A stretch of DNA of 64,000 nucleotides from an uncultured Lachnospiraceae bacterium (lineage in GTDB: Bacteria; Bacillota; Clostridia; Lachnospirales; Lachnospiraceae): assembly GCA_902780405.1 (NCBI GenBank), contig CACZFI010000002.1, positions 47,810 to 111,809 on the forward strand, read 5' to 3'. Below, one piece after another: positions 49,302 through 59,522 of this stretch (positions are counted from its first letter, which is position 1; the number at the start of each line of letters is the position of its first letter). The position numbers and the translations under genes were made by a program. Below the pieces are notes generated by a model, which was not told the origin of the DNA, ran no database searches, and saw only the letters and a list, made by a program, of their open reading frames with translations.

Positions 49302-50345
49302 TTACTTTGCTGCCATCTCAGCCTTTAATGCTGCTGTAAGTGCAGGAACGATCTTGTTTAAGTCGCCGACTACACCGTAGTCTGCTACATCGAAGATCGG
49401 AGCATCCGCATCCTTGTTGATTGCGATGATGATGTCGGACTCTTCCATACCTGCAACGTGCTGGATAGCACCGGAGATACCGATTGCAAAGTATACGTTC
49501 GGACGTACGGTCTTACCGGTCTGTCCTACCTGGAGATCCTTCGGCTTCCAACCGGAATCTACAACTGCACGAGAGCAGGATACCTGTCCGCCAAGTACCT
49601 CAGCGAGATCCTCAAGGATCTTGAAGTTCTCGGGGCTTCCTACGCCACGTCCGCCGGATACAAGGATCTTGGCATCCATGATATCTACGGTATCGGATAC
49701 AGCCTTAACTACGTCAAGGATCTCAACGTAACGGTTGTTCTCGGTAAAGCCGGGATTGTACTCGATTACTTCTGCCTTCGCACCCTCGATCTTGTCGATC
49801 TTCTGCATAACGCCGGGACGTACGGTTGCCATCTGAGGACGGTTGTCCGGGCAAGCGATGGTTGCGATGGTGTTTCCGCCGAATGCAGGACGGGTCATAA
49901 GCAGCTGATTGTGCTTCTGCTCCTGATTCGGAATCGGGTTGATCGGGAAATCACCGATCTCAAGAGATGTACAGTCTGCTGTAAGACCGGTTGCAACTCT
50001 TGCGGATACGGTCGGGCCTAAGTCACGACCGATTGCTGTAGCACCGACAAGCATGATGTCGGGCTTGTACTCGTTGATAACAGATGCCAGTGCATGTGCA
50101 TAAGGCTCTGTACGATATGTCTCAAGTGCGGGATCATCCACTACGATGACCTTATCTGCGCCGTAAGCTGCAAGCTCGTCAGCAAGGCTCTTTACGTCCT
50201 TACCGAGGAGAACTGCGGTTACGTCAGTGTTCAAATCCTTTGCCAGGTCTCTTGCCTTGCCGAGCAGTTCGAAAGCGATACCGCTTAACTGATTATCTAC
50301 CTGCTGAGCGAAGACATAGACGCCCTTATATTCTTCTAATCCCAT
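49302..50345 (-). CDS. etfA: Electron transfer flavoprotein alpha subunit
   Basis: TRPAFGGN, SGGRG, QVGQTGKTVRP and GISGAIQH. Confidence 0.96.
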   Translation of the reverse strand: MGLEEYKGVYVFAQQVDNQLSGIAFELLGKARDLAKDLNTDVTAVLLGKDVKSLADELAAYGADKVIVVDDPALETYRTEPYAHALASVINEYKPDIMLVGATAIGRDLGPTVSARVATGLTADCTSLEIGDFPINPIPNQEQKHNQLLMTRPAFGGNTIATIACPDNRPQMATVRPGVMQKIDKIEGAKAEVIEYNPGFTENNRYVEILDVVKAVSDTVDIMDAKILVSGGRGVGSPENFKILEDLAEVLGGQVSCSRAVVDSGWKPKDLQVGQTGKTVRPNVYFAIGISGAIQHVAGMEESDIIIAINKDADAPIFDVADYGVVGDLNKIVPALTAALKAEMAAK

Positions 50346-50379
50346 GATATTCTTCCTTTCTGGTTATTTCCTGCGCTCA

Positions 50380-51162
50380 TTAGATGATGTGCTTTTCTTT
50401 CATCTTGCCTACGATGTAAGCAACAGACTCTTCGGGGTCAACGTTCACCTTCTCGCCGCTTCCCTTACGTACCTTGTCGGAAGCCTTTGCGATCTTGGTC
50501 GGTGAACCCTTTAATCCGAGGTTCGCATCATCAACATCTACGAGGTTCGCTCTGCCCCAGGTTGTGATCTCTGCATCAAGTGCATCGAAGATTCCGCCGG
50601 GAGTCATGTAACGAGGATCGTTCAGCTCGGAAAGAGCTGTGATGAGTGCGGGCATCTTAGCCTTTACCATGTGATATCTGTCTTCATACTGACGCTTAAC
50701 TACTACGGAGTCACCCTCGATCTTGATCTCCTCAGCATAGGAGATAACGGGAAGTCCGAGGTGCTCTGCGATCTGAGGTCCTACCTGTGCGGTATCGCCG
50801 TCGATTGCCTGACGACCTGTGATGATGAGGTCATAATCAAGATTTCTGATCGCACCTGCAAGTGTGGTGGAAGTAGCCCATGTATCGGCACCGCCGAGTA
50901 CACGATCGGTTACAAGGATACCCTTGTCAGCGCCCATAGCCATAGCCTCGCGAAGAACATCCTCTGCCTTCGGAAGGCCCATGGTGATAACGGTAACTTC
51001 AGCGCCGTACTGATCCTTTAAGCGAAGTGCTGCCTCAAGGCCGGCCTTGTCATCCGGGTTCATGATTGTGAGCATTGCTGCTCTATTTAATGTACCGTCC
51101 GGGTTGAACTGAACGCCGCCCTTGGTATCCGGTACCTGCTTTACACATACTATAACCTTCAT
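50380..51162 (-). CDS. etfB: Electron transfer flavoprotein beta subunit
   Basis: CVKQVPDT, NPDD, GADTWATS and GRQAIDGDTAQVGP. Confidence 0.96.
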   Translation of the reverse strand: MKVIVCVKQVPDTKGGVQFNPDGTLNRAAMLTIMNPDDKAGLEAALRLKDQYGAEVTVITMGLPKAEDVLREAMAMGADKGILVTDRVLGGADTWATSTTLAGAIRNLDYDLIITGRQAIDGDTAQVGPQIAEHLGLPVISYAEEIKIEGDSVVVKRQYEDRYHMVKAKMPALITALSELNDPRYMTPGGIFDALDAEITTWGRANLVDVDDANLGLKGSPTKIAKASDKVRKGSGEKVNVDPEESVAYIVGKMKEKHII

Positions 51163-51172
51163 GTCGTACCTC

Positions 51173-52339
51173 CTACTTTAAAATGTTTGCAGAGATGACC
51201 ATGCGCTGTACTTCGGAAGTACCCTCGTAGATCTCTGTGATCTTGGCATCTCTCATCATACGCTCTACATCGTACTCACGGATGTAGCCGTAACCGCCGT
51301 GTAACTGAACAGCCTTGGTGGTAACTTCCATAGCGATCTCTGCTGCTGCAAGCTTTGCCATAGCTGCCTCTACGGAGTAAGAGGTCTTGTGGTCAATCTG
51401 ATACTGTCCCTTCGCCATAGCTGCCTTGTATACGAGAAGCTTTGCAGCCTCTACCTTGGTAGCCATATCAGCAAGCTGGAACTGTGTATTCTGGAACTGA
51501 GCGATGGAACGTCCGAACTGCTTTCTCTCCTTCACATACTCGATGGTACGCTCGAGAGCGCCCTCAGCAAGGCCGAGTGCCTGAGCAGCGATTCCGATAC
51601 GTCCGCCGTCAAGGGTGTGCATAGCGATGTTGAATCCCTTGCCCTTCGCACCGAGGAGGTTCTCCTTCGGGATACGGCAATCCTGGAAAATAAGCTCATA
51701 AGTAGATGATCCGCGGATACCCATCTTATTCTCCTTCGTACCGAAGGTGAATCCGGGTGTACCCTTCTCTACGATAAATGCAGAGATCTCTTTCATGGTC
51801 TTGCCACGCTTCTCAACAGTACCGGTAACTGCGATCACGATATAGATATCAGCTTCCTTACCGTTGGTGATGAAGCACTTGGAACCGTTTAATACCCACT
51901 CATCGCCGTCAAGAACAGCCTTGGTCTGCTGACCCTGGGCATCGGTACCTGCGCCGGGCTCGGTAAGACCGAATGCACCGAGCTTCTCGCCCTTTGCAAG
52001 GGGTACTAAGTACTTCTGCTTCTGCTCTTCTGTACCGTAAGTCTGGATCGGGTCTGCACACAGGGATGTATGTGCGGAAACGATAACGCCTGTAGTACCG
52101 CAAACCTTGGAGAGCTCCTCTACACACATAACGTATGTAAGGGGATCACATCCCTGTCCGCCGTACTCCTTCGGAATGGGGATTCCGAGGAAGCCGTACT
52201 TCGCCATCTTATCTACAGTCTCTCTCGGGAATTTCTCTGTCTCATCAACTTCCTGAGCGAGAGGCTTCACTTCGTTCTCTGCAAATTCTCTGAAGAGAGT
52301 CTGCGCCATTTCATACTTTTTGTCTAAAGCGAAATTCAT
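51173..52339 (-). CDS. bcd: Butyryl-CoA dehydrogenase
   Basis: [31 protein letters not shown] and [10 protein letters not shown]; operon context. Confidence 0.93.
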   Translation of the reverse strand: MNFALDKKYEMAQTLFREFAENEVKPLAQEVDETEKFPRETVDKMAKYGFLGIPIPKEYGGQGCDPLTYVMCVEELSKVCGTTGVIVSAHTSLCADPIQTYGTEEQKQKYLVPLAKGEKLGAFGLTEPGAGTDAQGQQTKAVLDGDEWVLNGSKCFITNGKEADIYIVIAVTGTVEKRGKTMKEISAFIVEKGTPGFTFGTKENKMGIRGSSTYELIFQDCRIPKENLLGAKGKGFNIAMHTLDGGRIGIAAQALGLAEGALERTIEYVKERKQFGRSIAQFQNTQFQLADMATKVEAAKLLVYKAAMAKGQYQIDHKTSYSVEAAMAKLAAAEIAMEVTTKAVQLHGGYGYIREYDVERMMRDAKITEIYEGTSEVQRMVISANILK

Positions 52340-52418
52340 CTTTTATGTTTCCTCCATATACTATTCGATATCGCTCTAAGCCGCGACGGGCTCCTTCGGT
52401 CAGGGACCGAAAGCAGTT

Positions 52419-53258
52419 TTACTTGCTGTAATCGAAGAAACCGATGCCGGTCTTCTTACCAAGCTTCTTCTCTTCTACCATCTTCACAAGAAGGGGTGCC
52501 GGAGCGTACTTGTCATCGCCGGTCTCCTTATGAAGTACCTGCATGATAGCGAGGCAGATGTCAAGGCCGATCAGGTCGCCAAGATGAAGAGGTCCCATGG
52601 GATGGGATGCGCCGAGCTGCATAGCAACATCGATATCTTCTGCGGAAGCGGTACCTGCATCAAGTACATTGATTGCTTCGTTGATCATGGGGATGAGGAT
52701 ACGGTTTACTACGAAACCGGGAGCTTCCTTCACCTCAACGGGTGTCTTGCCGATCTCGGTAGCGATCGCCTTGATCTTATCAACCATCTCCTGAGGTGTA
52801 TTCTCGCCCTTGATAACCTCAACGAGCTTCATACGGTCAGCAGGGTTGAAGAAATGCATACCGATCATCGGACGATCAAGACCCTCACCGATCTTGGTGA
52901 TGGAAAGAGATGATGTGTTGGATGCAAACATGCAGTCCTTCTTAACAATGCTCTGAAGAGACTTGAAGATGTTCTTCTTGATCTCAAGATCCTCTAAAGC
53001 AACTTCTACAACAAGATCGCAGTCAGTGCAGATGTCCTGAAGACCTGTGGTAACCTTACCAAGGATCTCGTCTGCCTTCTCCTGTGTGATCTTCTCCTTG
53101 CTTACAAGGAACTTCATGTTCTTCTCGATCTTTGCCTTACCGCCGTCAGCGAACTCCTGCTTGATGTCACAGAGTCTAACCTCGTAGCCGTCTGTCATGG
53201 CAAAAGCCTGTGCGATACCGGAACCCATGGTTCCTGCGCCGATAACTCCTACTATCAT
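52419..53258 (-). CDS. hbd: 3-hydroxybutyryl-CoA dehydrogenase
   Basis: GAGTMGSG, SNTSS, GMHFFNP, PGFVVNR and HPMGP. Confidence 0.95.
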   Translation of the reverse strand: MIVGVIGAGTMGSGIAQAFAMTDGYEVRLCDIKQEFADGGKAKIEKNMKFLVSKEKITQEKADEILGKVTTGLQDICTDCDLVVEVALEDLEIKKNIFKSLQSIVKKDCMFASNTSSLSITKIGEGLDRPMIGMHFFNPADRMKLVEVIKGENTPQEMVDKIKAIATEIGKTPVEVKEAPGFVVNRILIPMINEAINVLDAGTASAEDIDVAMQLGASHPMGPLHLGDLIGLDICLAIMQVLHKETGDDKYAPAPLLVKMVEEKKLGKKTGIGFFDYSK

Positions 53259-53286
53259 CTTTCGTCCTCCTAATGATATATAATGA

Positions 53287-54078
53287 TTACTTATTCTGGA
53301 AGGGTACTACCTTCAATTTCTTTTCTTTGTCCTTCTCGAGGAAGTTTGCCATGCCGGCCTTCTGATCCTCTGTCTCGAAGCAGTCGCCGAAAAGCTTCTC
53401 TTCGATCACAACAGCGGAATCGATATCTGTCTGAAGTCCGTCATTGATAGCCTTCTTGCAGTTTCTAACAGCGATGGGAGCATTGGCTGCGATACCTGCT
53501 GCCATCTTCTTCGCTGCGGGAAGGAGTTCCTCAAGGGGATAAACCGCATTCACAAGACCGATACGATATGCCTCGTCTGCCTTGATATTTCTTGCGGTAT
53601 AGATCAACTGCTTTGCCATACCCGGAGATACAAGTCTTGCAAGTCTCTGTGTGCCGCCGAAGCCCGGTGTGATACCGAGACCTACCTCGGGCTGACCGAA
53701 AACGGCATTCTCGGAGCAGATACGGATATCACAGCTCATGGAAATTTCACAGCCGCCGCCTAAAGCGAAGCCGTTCACTGCTGCGATCACGGGGATGGGG
53801 AACTTCTCGATCTTTAAGAAGATGTCGTTGCCCTTCTTGCCGAAAGCCTCGCCCTCAGCCTTGGTCAGTGTGCTCATCTCTCCGATGTCGGCACCTGCCA
53901 CGAAAGACTTCTCTCCTGCGCCTGTTAAGATCACGCATCTGGTGGTCTCAAGATCGATGGCATCAAATGTGTCGGATAACTCCTCAAGTACCTGAGAATT
54001 CAGTGCATTTAAAGCCTTCTGGCGATCGATGGTTACGATGCCGACAAAGCCTTCCTGCTCATATTTCACAAATTCCAT
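53287..54078 (-). CDS. crt: Crotonase (3-hydroxybutyryl-CoA dehydratase)
   Basis: KALNALN, FVAGADI, GFALGGGCE and QPEVGLGITPGFGGTQRL. Confidence 0.95.
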   Translation of the reverse strand: MEFVKYEQEGFVGIVTIDRQKALNALNSQVLEELSDTFDAIDLETTRCVILTGAGEKSFVAGADIGEMSTLTKAEGEAFGKKGNDIFLKIEKFPIPVIAAVNGFALGGGCEISMSCDIRICSENAVFGQPEVGLGITPGFGGTQRLARLVSPGMAKQLIYTARNIKADEAYRIGLVNAVYPLEELLPAAKKMAAGIAANAPIAVRNCKKAINDGLQTDIDSAVVIEEKLFGDCFETEDQKAGMANFLEKDKEKKLKVVPFQNK

Positions 54079-54090
54079 AGTGTTCCTCCG

Positions 54091-55287
54091 TTAGTCTCTC
54101 TCAACGATGGTTGCACAACCCATACCACCGCCGATGCAAAGTGTAGCAAGACCCTTCTTTAAGTCCATATCTTCCATCTCGTGAAGAAGGGTAACAAGGA
54201 TACGGCATCCTGAAGCACCTACCGGATGGCCGAGTGCGATCGCACCGCCGCGGGGATTGAGCTGCTTTTCTACATCGATGCCGAGGTCCTTACCTACTGC
54301 TACGGACTGTGCAGCAAATGCCTCGTTTGCCTCGATCACATCAAAGTCTTCGATCTTGTAATCAACCTTTGCCATAGCCTTCTTGGTTGCAGCTACGGGT
54401 CCGATACCCATGATGGTGGGATCAACACCTGCAAGTGCGCCTGCTACAAATGTAGCCATGGGCTTAACGCCAAGCTCCTTTGCCTTTTCCTCGGAAAGGA
54501 GAACGACTGCTGCTGCACCGTCGTTGATACCGGATGCATTGCCGGCGGTTACATAACCATCGGGATTGATGGCTCTCATGCGGGAAAGGCCTTCAGCAGT
54601 GATGCCCTCACGAGGTCCCTCATCGGTATCGAATACTACGGTCTCTTTCTTCTTCTTAATCTCTACGGGAACAATCTCTCTCTTGAAAGCGCCCTCAGCT
54701 CTTGCCTTGCAAGCCTTCTGCTGGCTGTTGGCTGCGAACTCGTCGAGCTCTTCGCGGGTAAGTCCCCACTGCTCAGCGATGTTGTCAGCGGTCTTGATCA
54801 TATGATAATCATTGAAGGCATCCCAAAGCGCATCCTTCACCATGGTGTCAACAAGTGCGCCCTGGCTCTGGCTGGGCCAAGTCATACGGTAGCCGTAACG
54901 TCCCTGAGGGATTGCGTAAGGTGCCATGGACATGTTCTCCATACCACCTGCTACTACGATGTCCGCATCTCCTGCCTGGATCATCTGCGCTGCCATGTTC
55001 ACACAGTTAAGACCTGAACCACATACAACGTTCACGGTAACTGCGGGTGTCTCGATGGGAAGTCCTGCCTTGATAGATGACTGACGAGCCACATTCTGGC
55101 CAAGACCTGCCTGGATTACACAACCCATGTACACGTGATCAACAGCCTCGGGAGCAACTCCTGCTCTGTTTAAAGCTTCCTTGATAACGATTGCGCCAAG
55201 TTCAGCTGTAGGGGTTGTGGAAAGGGATCCACCCATAGTACCGATTGCTGTACGGCAAGCGCCTGCTAAAACTACCTTTTTTGCCAT
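54091..55287 (-). CDS. thlA: Acetyl-CoA acetyltransferase (thiolase)
   Basis: NVVCGSG (catalytic Cys), [24 protein letters not shown] and LCIGGGMG. Confidence 0.96.
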   Translation of the reverse strand: MAKKVVLAGACRTAIGTMGGSLSTTPTAELGAIVIKEALNRAGVAPEAVDHVYMGCVIQAGLGQNVARQSSIKAGLPIETPAVTVNVVCGSGLNCVNMAAQMIQAGDADIVVAGGMENMSMAPYAIPQGRYGYRMTWPSQSQGALVDTMVKDALWDAFNDYHMIKTADNIAEQWGLTREELDEFAANSQQKACKARAEGAFKREIVPVEIKKKKETVVFDTDEGPREGITAEGLSRMRAINPDGYVTAGNASGINDGAAAVVLLSEEKAKELGVKPMATFVAGALAGVDPTIMGIGPVAATKKAMAKVDYKIEDFDVIEANEAFAAQSVAVGKDLGIDVEKQLNPRGGAIALGHPVGASGCRILVTLLHEMEDMDLKKGLATLCIGGGMGCATIVERD

Positions 55288-55319
55288 GCCAAATTCCTCC
55301 GTATTTGATATTTTATTTG

Positions 55320-55379
55320 CGAGATATGATATCTCGACACGACTATCGCTATTTTATCATAATTTAAAATCATGCGCAA
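55320..55379 (-). promoter_or_regulatory. Butyrate operon promoter (TTGCGC-17-TAAAAT, extended TG) with a downstream 17-bp palindrome
   Basis: -35 at 55374-55379, inside the mreB 3' end; -10 at 55351-55356; CGAGATAT-G-ATATCTCG at 55320-55336. Confidence 0.6.
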
Positions 55380-56403
55380 TAAGAGAATCCTTAAGCATCG
55401 GTTCTTCCACTTCTGTCTCATCACGCACATAGGCTTTTGCAAGTCCTGCACCCGTTGCCACAAGGAGTTCCGGGTTTTCCACGGTCCTCACTTTGGTTCC
55501 GATCCGCTCTTCGATCAGACGGTTCATTCCGTAAATCTTTGATCCGCCGCCGGCTAAGATAATACCGAAATCGGCTATGTCCGCAACCATCTCCGGTGTG
55601 GTGGATTCGAGTACATTTCGAATGGCTTCGATGATCTGATCCGTCACCTCGGACGTTGCGTCCATCAGTTCCGAAGATTTCACCTGGGCTTTGATGGGAA
55701 GACCTCTCACAAGTTCCTTGCCTCTCGCGTAGCCCACCGCATCCCGCTCTCTTGGATACACCGCGCCGATCTCGTGTTTTAATAGTTCCGCGGATGTCGG
55801 GCCGAGCCAAACATTGTGGCGTTTCCTCATATATTTAATGATGGCTTCATCGTACGCCTGGCCGGCCGCCTTGATGGAAACCGATGTCTCGATTCCGCCC
55901 CTTGATACCACTGCGATATCCGTGGTACCCGCGCCGATGTCCACGATCATGTAGCCAAACGCCGTATCAATGTCGATGCCGAGTCCCACCGCAGCCGCAA
56001 AGGGTTCCTGCAGAACATACACCATCTTTGCTCCGGTTCGGTACACCGCATCGATCACGGCACGTTTTTCAACCTCGGTAGCACCCGAGGGAAGGGACAC
56101 GCAAATCGTCGGTTTTCCCCAGATGCGTCGCTTGGCGATGGCTGATTTTACATAGACCTTCAGCATGCGCTCCGCAAGGGTAAGTTCCGATATCACGCCC
56201 TTTTCGATCGGGCAGCACACTTCGATGCCTTCCGGCGTCTTGCCAATCATCTTCTTCGCCTTGTTACCGACCGCGATCAGCCGTTTCTCCCTGTTGCCCT
56301 CATAGGCAACAACCGAAGGCTGGTTGACCACGATCCCCTTATCCCTGATATAGATCACGGTATTCGCTGTTCCAAGATCGATTCCGATATCGATATTTAC
56401 CAT
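55357..56403 (-). CDS. mreB: MreB/Mbl actin-like paralogue (no mreCD nearby)
   Basis: IGIDLGTANT, PSGATEVEKRA, EPFAAA, DIGAGTTD and LAGGGS. Confidence 0.88.
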   Translation of the reverse strand: MVNIDIGIDLGTANTVIYIRDKGIVVNQPSVVAYEGNREKRLIAVGNKAKKMIGKTPEGIEVCCPIEKGVISELTLAERMLKVYVKSAIAKRRIWGKPTICVSLPSGATEVEKRAVIDAVYRTGAKMVYVLQEPFAAAVGLGIDIDTAFGYMIVDIGAGTTDIAVVSRGGIETSVSIKAAGQAYDEAIIKYMRKRHNVWLGPTSAELLKHEIGAVYPRERDAVGYARGKELVRGLPIKAQVKSSELMDATSEVTDQIIEAIRNVLESTTPEMVADIADFGIILAGGGSKIYGMNRLIEERIGTKVRTVENPELLVATGAGLAKAYVRDETEVEEPMLKDSLIAHDFKL

Positions 56404-56427
56404 AATAGTTCCTCCGTATCAAACCGC

Positions 56428-56474
56428 AAAAAAACACCGATGTACATCGTATGATACACATCGGTGTTGTTTTT
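56428..56474 (-). terminator. Terminator between the coiled-coil gene and mreB
   Basis: AACACCGATGT...ACATCGGTGTT stem with a T-tract. Confidence 0.8.
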
Positions 56475-59400
56475 ACTTGAAGTCAGCGCCGATCAGTTTC
56501 TTCTTGCTGTCACGTGCTTCGCACTTCACCATCGCATCGTCGATGGCCTTGATCATACGGTCGATATTACCCGTCTCCATTGTCTTAAGAATGTTGCTCA
56601 GTGTGCTTTCTACCGTGTCATCCTGTCCAAAGCCTCTCTGTGAGATATACTCCTTGGCGATGGTAACCATCTCCTTGGGTGTGAGATTGTTGATCTCAAC
56701 CTGATGAGGAAAGTTTCCGGAAAGTGCCGCGCCTTCGATCATACGAAGTACGGATTCCTTCTCACCGGTCAGGATCACTGACACGTCGTTCGCATTGCTG
56801 CCTGCAAGCTTCATGATGTTCGCCATCTTGTCGGGAAGAATGCTTCCTGCGTTCTCGACCACCATGCATGCGCCGGCAAGCTTCTTCATAGCTTCACCGA
56901 GTTTCTCGTCATTTAACTTGTTTAAGGTCTTGGCTGCGATCTTACCGATCGTCTTGGATTTGCAGATGCCCATATCATAGAAGCTTCTCGCAAAATCCTC
57001 ACCACAGGTCACAAGACCGAAACCGTGCTCGCCGAGCAGTGCGATATTCTTATTCTCCGCGGGGTTCGCTGCGATCGCGGAAAATGCACCGGTGAGCGGA
57101 GCAGCCACTCTGTCGATCTTGGTGTACTTTACAAGATAGTATGCCGCAAGCGGAAGCTCGCCTTCATCGGAGGGAAGTGTAAGATCGATCTTGATCTTAT
57201 CCGCATCCTCAACAGCCTTATCTGCTTCTGCACCTGCCTTCTTGGCAGCCTCAAGCGCCTTCTCGGCAGCTTCAACGGCCTTCTTAGCCTCGGTTTTTCT
57301 TGCATCCGCTGCTGCGGTTGCCTTCTTGGCAGCCTCGTCAGCAATCTTTGAAACCTCAGCCTCTGCCTTCTTTCTTTCTTCGTCGGCAGCCTTGATCTTC
57401 GCTGTTTCGATCTTCTTTAACGCTTCGTCGGCCTTCTTCGCAGCAACTTCCTTTGCAGCCTTGGTTGCATCGGCAACCTGCTTCTCTACGTCGGCCTCAG
57501 CCATCTGTCTTGCCTTGTCGGCAGCAGTCTTTTTCGCCTCCTCGGCAGCAGTTTTCTGTCTGGTAACTGCTTCCTCGGCACGCTTGATCTCTTCGTCTGC
57601 TCTCTTATCGACAGCGGCAATATGATCCTCGGCTACCTGTGCGCTTCTCTTTGCGTCGTCTACAGCCTTGGTCTTTGATTCTACTTCTTTGTTCTTTTCT
57701 TCAACAGCCTTCTTGGCAGCCACAACAGCTTTCTCAGCTTCTGCAACTGCAGCCTCTGCATCCGTTACAACCTTCTTTGCCGTCTCAAGATCCTTCTCGG
57801 CAGCAGCAATCTTGGCCTTGCCTGCTTCTGCTTCTTTTCTCGCTTCGGCTTTTTCTTTCTCTGTAGCCTGCTTTGCGGACATTACGCCTGCTTCTGCTGC
57901 GGCTACAGCCTTCTCTGCTTCTTCGGCGGCTTTCTTTTCTGCTTCGGCAACCTTGGCACCTACGCCGGCCTCAGCCTTCTTTCTTGCTTCCTCGGCAGTC
58001 TTCTTGGCCTCAGCCTCTGCGGCGGCGATCTCTGCATCCGCAGTCTTCTGTGCCTCTGCGGCAGCCTTCTCTACGGCAGCTGCAACCTTGGAATCAATAT
58101 CCTTCTTGGCAGCCTCTGTTGCCTCGTCGGATGCTTTCTTTACTTCATCCGCTACGGCCTTGTCGATATCCGCAACAGCCTTCTTGGCATCTTCAAGCTG
58201 CTTCGCAGCCTCTTCAATCTGCTTCTTGGCAGCGTCGGCAGCCTTAAGTGCTACTTCCTTGGCTTTAGCTCTTGCCTCTGCCTCTGCCTTTTTATGAGCC
58301 TCTTCTGCAGCCTTTCTCTTCTCTTCGGCTGCGGCCTTTCTCTTCGCCTCTTCTTCTGCCTTTTTCTTTGCGTCCTCTTCTGCACGCTTTGCGGCAGCAT
58401 CCGCAGCTTTCTTCTTGGCAGCCGCTTCCGCAATTCTGCGCTCCTGCTCGTTGGCACGCTTCTCGGCCTCAGCGAAACGCTTGCGCTTCTCTTCTTCCTT
58501 CTTGAGGCGCTCTTCTTCTTTCTTCATGCGCTCGGCAGCACGCTTTGCAGCGGGATCGTCTGCCATCTTGGCTTCCTGTGCCTTGCGCTCTTCTTCCTGC
58601 TTCTTTTCCTTTGCAGCACGCTCTGCGCTGTCGTCAAAGCCGGCAAGCTTGGAAATTTCTGCACCGAGCGCATCGTCATCGTCGTCATCGAGGTCGTACA
58701 TGCTCTTTACATCACCTGTAGGAGTGGTACGGTTCGGTACGATGCTGATAATGTCGTCCGGATTCATTTCCTTGGGTTTGGACTTTTCGGTCTGTGTCCA
58801 CTTTGCATCCTCGGAGATGATGGTTGTGTCGCCTTCCTTGGTGAAGCCTGTCTCCTCTACCGGAGCCTCTTCGCCATCGATCACGCGCACATTGCCTTCG
58901 GCGCCTTCAACCTTCTGGGGACGAAGCTTTGCTTTCGCTTCATCATCCTTCTTGGCCTCCGCTGCCTTTTTGGCAGCTGCCTCCTTCGTCGCCTTGTCCG
59001 CAGCCGCTTTCGCTGCAGCTTCCTTCGCAGCTTTTTCTGCAGCTGCCTTCTCGGCTGCTGCCTTGTCCTCGTCGGAGATCTTCAGCTTCAAGCCTGTCTT
59101 CTTCGGCTCTTCCTTCTTCTCGGGCTCAGCCTTCTTTTCAGGCTCCGCCTTCTTTTCGGGTTCTGCCTTCTTTTCAGGCTCTGCCTTCTTTTCCTCGGTC
59201 GGAGGAACGGATGCTGCCGACTCCTTGTTCTCTTCGGTCAGCTCGATACCCATCTCAGCCGCATGTTTCTTACGCTTCTTCTCCTCGATTTTCGCGAGTT
59301 CTTCCGGGGAAAGCGTTTTGTACTTCGGCTTATCGGACTCCGACTTGGAAGAAGTCTTCACTCCGGAAGCCGCAAGTGCTTCCTGTTCCTTCTGCGCTTT

Positions 59401-59478
59401 TGCAGCTTTGGCCGCCTTCTCTTTCTCGACCTGTGCTCTTACCGCTGCAATGAGAGCTTCTCTTTGATCTATAGCCAT
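56473..59478 (-). CDS. 1001-aa Ala/Lys/Glu-rich helical protein with a C-terminal degenerate AAA-like domain
   Basis: EKKAEP repeats and a long TolA-like K/E/A helix. The C-terminal NIALLGEHGFG...FARSFY...VVENAG...VILTG segment resembles a SpoVK/CbbX-type AAA without Walker A Lys. Confidence 0.7.
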   Translation of the reverse strand: MAIDQREALIAAVRAQVEKEKAAKAAKAQKEQEALAASGVKTSSKSESDKPKYKTLSPEELAKIEEKKRKKHAAEMGIELTEENKESAASVPPTEEKKAEPEKKAEPEKKAEPEKKAEPEKKEEPKKTGLKLKISDEDKAAAEKAAAEKAAKEAAAKAAADKATKEAAAKKAAEAKKDDEAKAKLRPQKVEGAEGNVRVIDGEEAPVEETGFTKEGDTTIISEDAKWTQTEKSKPKEMNPDDIISIVPNRTTPTGDVKSMYDLDDDDDDALGAEISKLAGFDDSAERAAKEKKQEEERKAQEAKMADDPAAKRAAERMKKEEERLKKEEEKRKRFAEAEKRANEQERRIAEAAAKKKAADAAAKRAEEDAKKKAEEEAKRKAAAEEKRKAAEEAHKKAEAEARAKAKEVALKAADAAKKQIEEAAKQLEDAKKAVADIDKAVADEVKKASDEATEAAKKDIDSKVAAAVEKAAAEAQKTADAEIAAAEAEAKKTAEEARKKAEAGVGAKVAEAEKKAAEEAEKAVAAAEAGVMSAKQATEKEKAEARKEAEAGKAKIAAAEKDLETAKKVVTDAEAAVAEAEKAVVAAKKAVEEKNKEVESKTKAVDDAKRSAQVAEDHIAAVDKRADEEIKRAEEAVTRQKTAAEEAKKTAADKARQMAEADVEKQVADATKAAKEVAAKKADEALKKIETAKIKAADEERKKAEAEVSKIADEAAKKATAAADARKTEAKKAVEAAEKALEAAKKAGAEADKAVEDADKIKIDLTLPSDEGELPLAAYYLVKYTKIDRVAAPLTGAFSAIAANPAENKNIALLGEHGFGLVTCGEDFARSFYDMGICKSKTIGKIAAKTLNKLNDEKLGEAMKKLAGACMVVENAGSILPDKMANIMKLAGSNANDVSVILTGEKESVLRMIEGAALSGNFPHQVEINNLTPKEMVTIAKEYISQRGFGQDDTVESTLSNILKTMETGNIDRMIKAIDDAMVKCEARDSKKKLIGADFK
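59104..59193 (-). repeat. In-frame 18-bp tandem repeat (EKKAEP x4 plus EKKEEP)
   Basis: Read directly from the DNA and protein. Confidence 0.9.
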
Positions 59479-59522
59479 CGGCTATATCCTCCTTTCGGTA
59501 ACGTAACCCCTATCAAATATGA

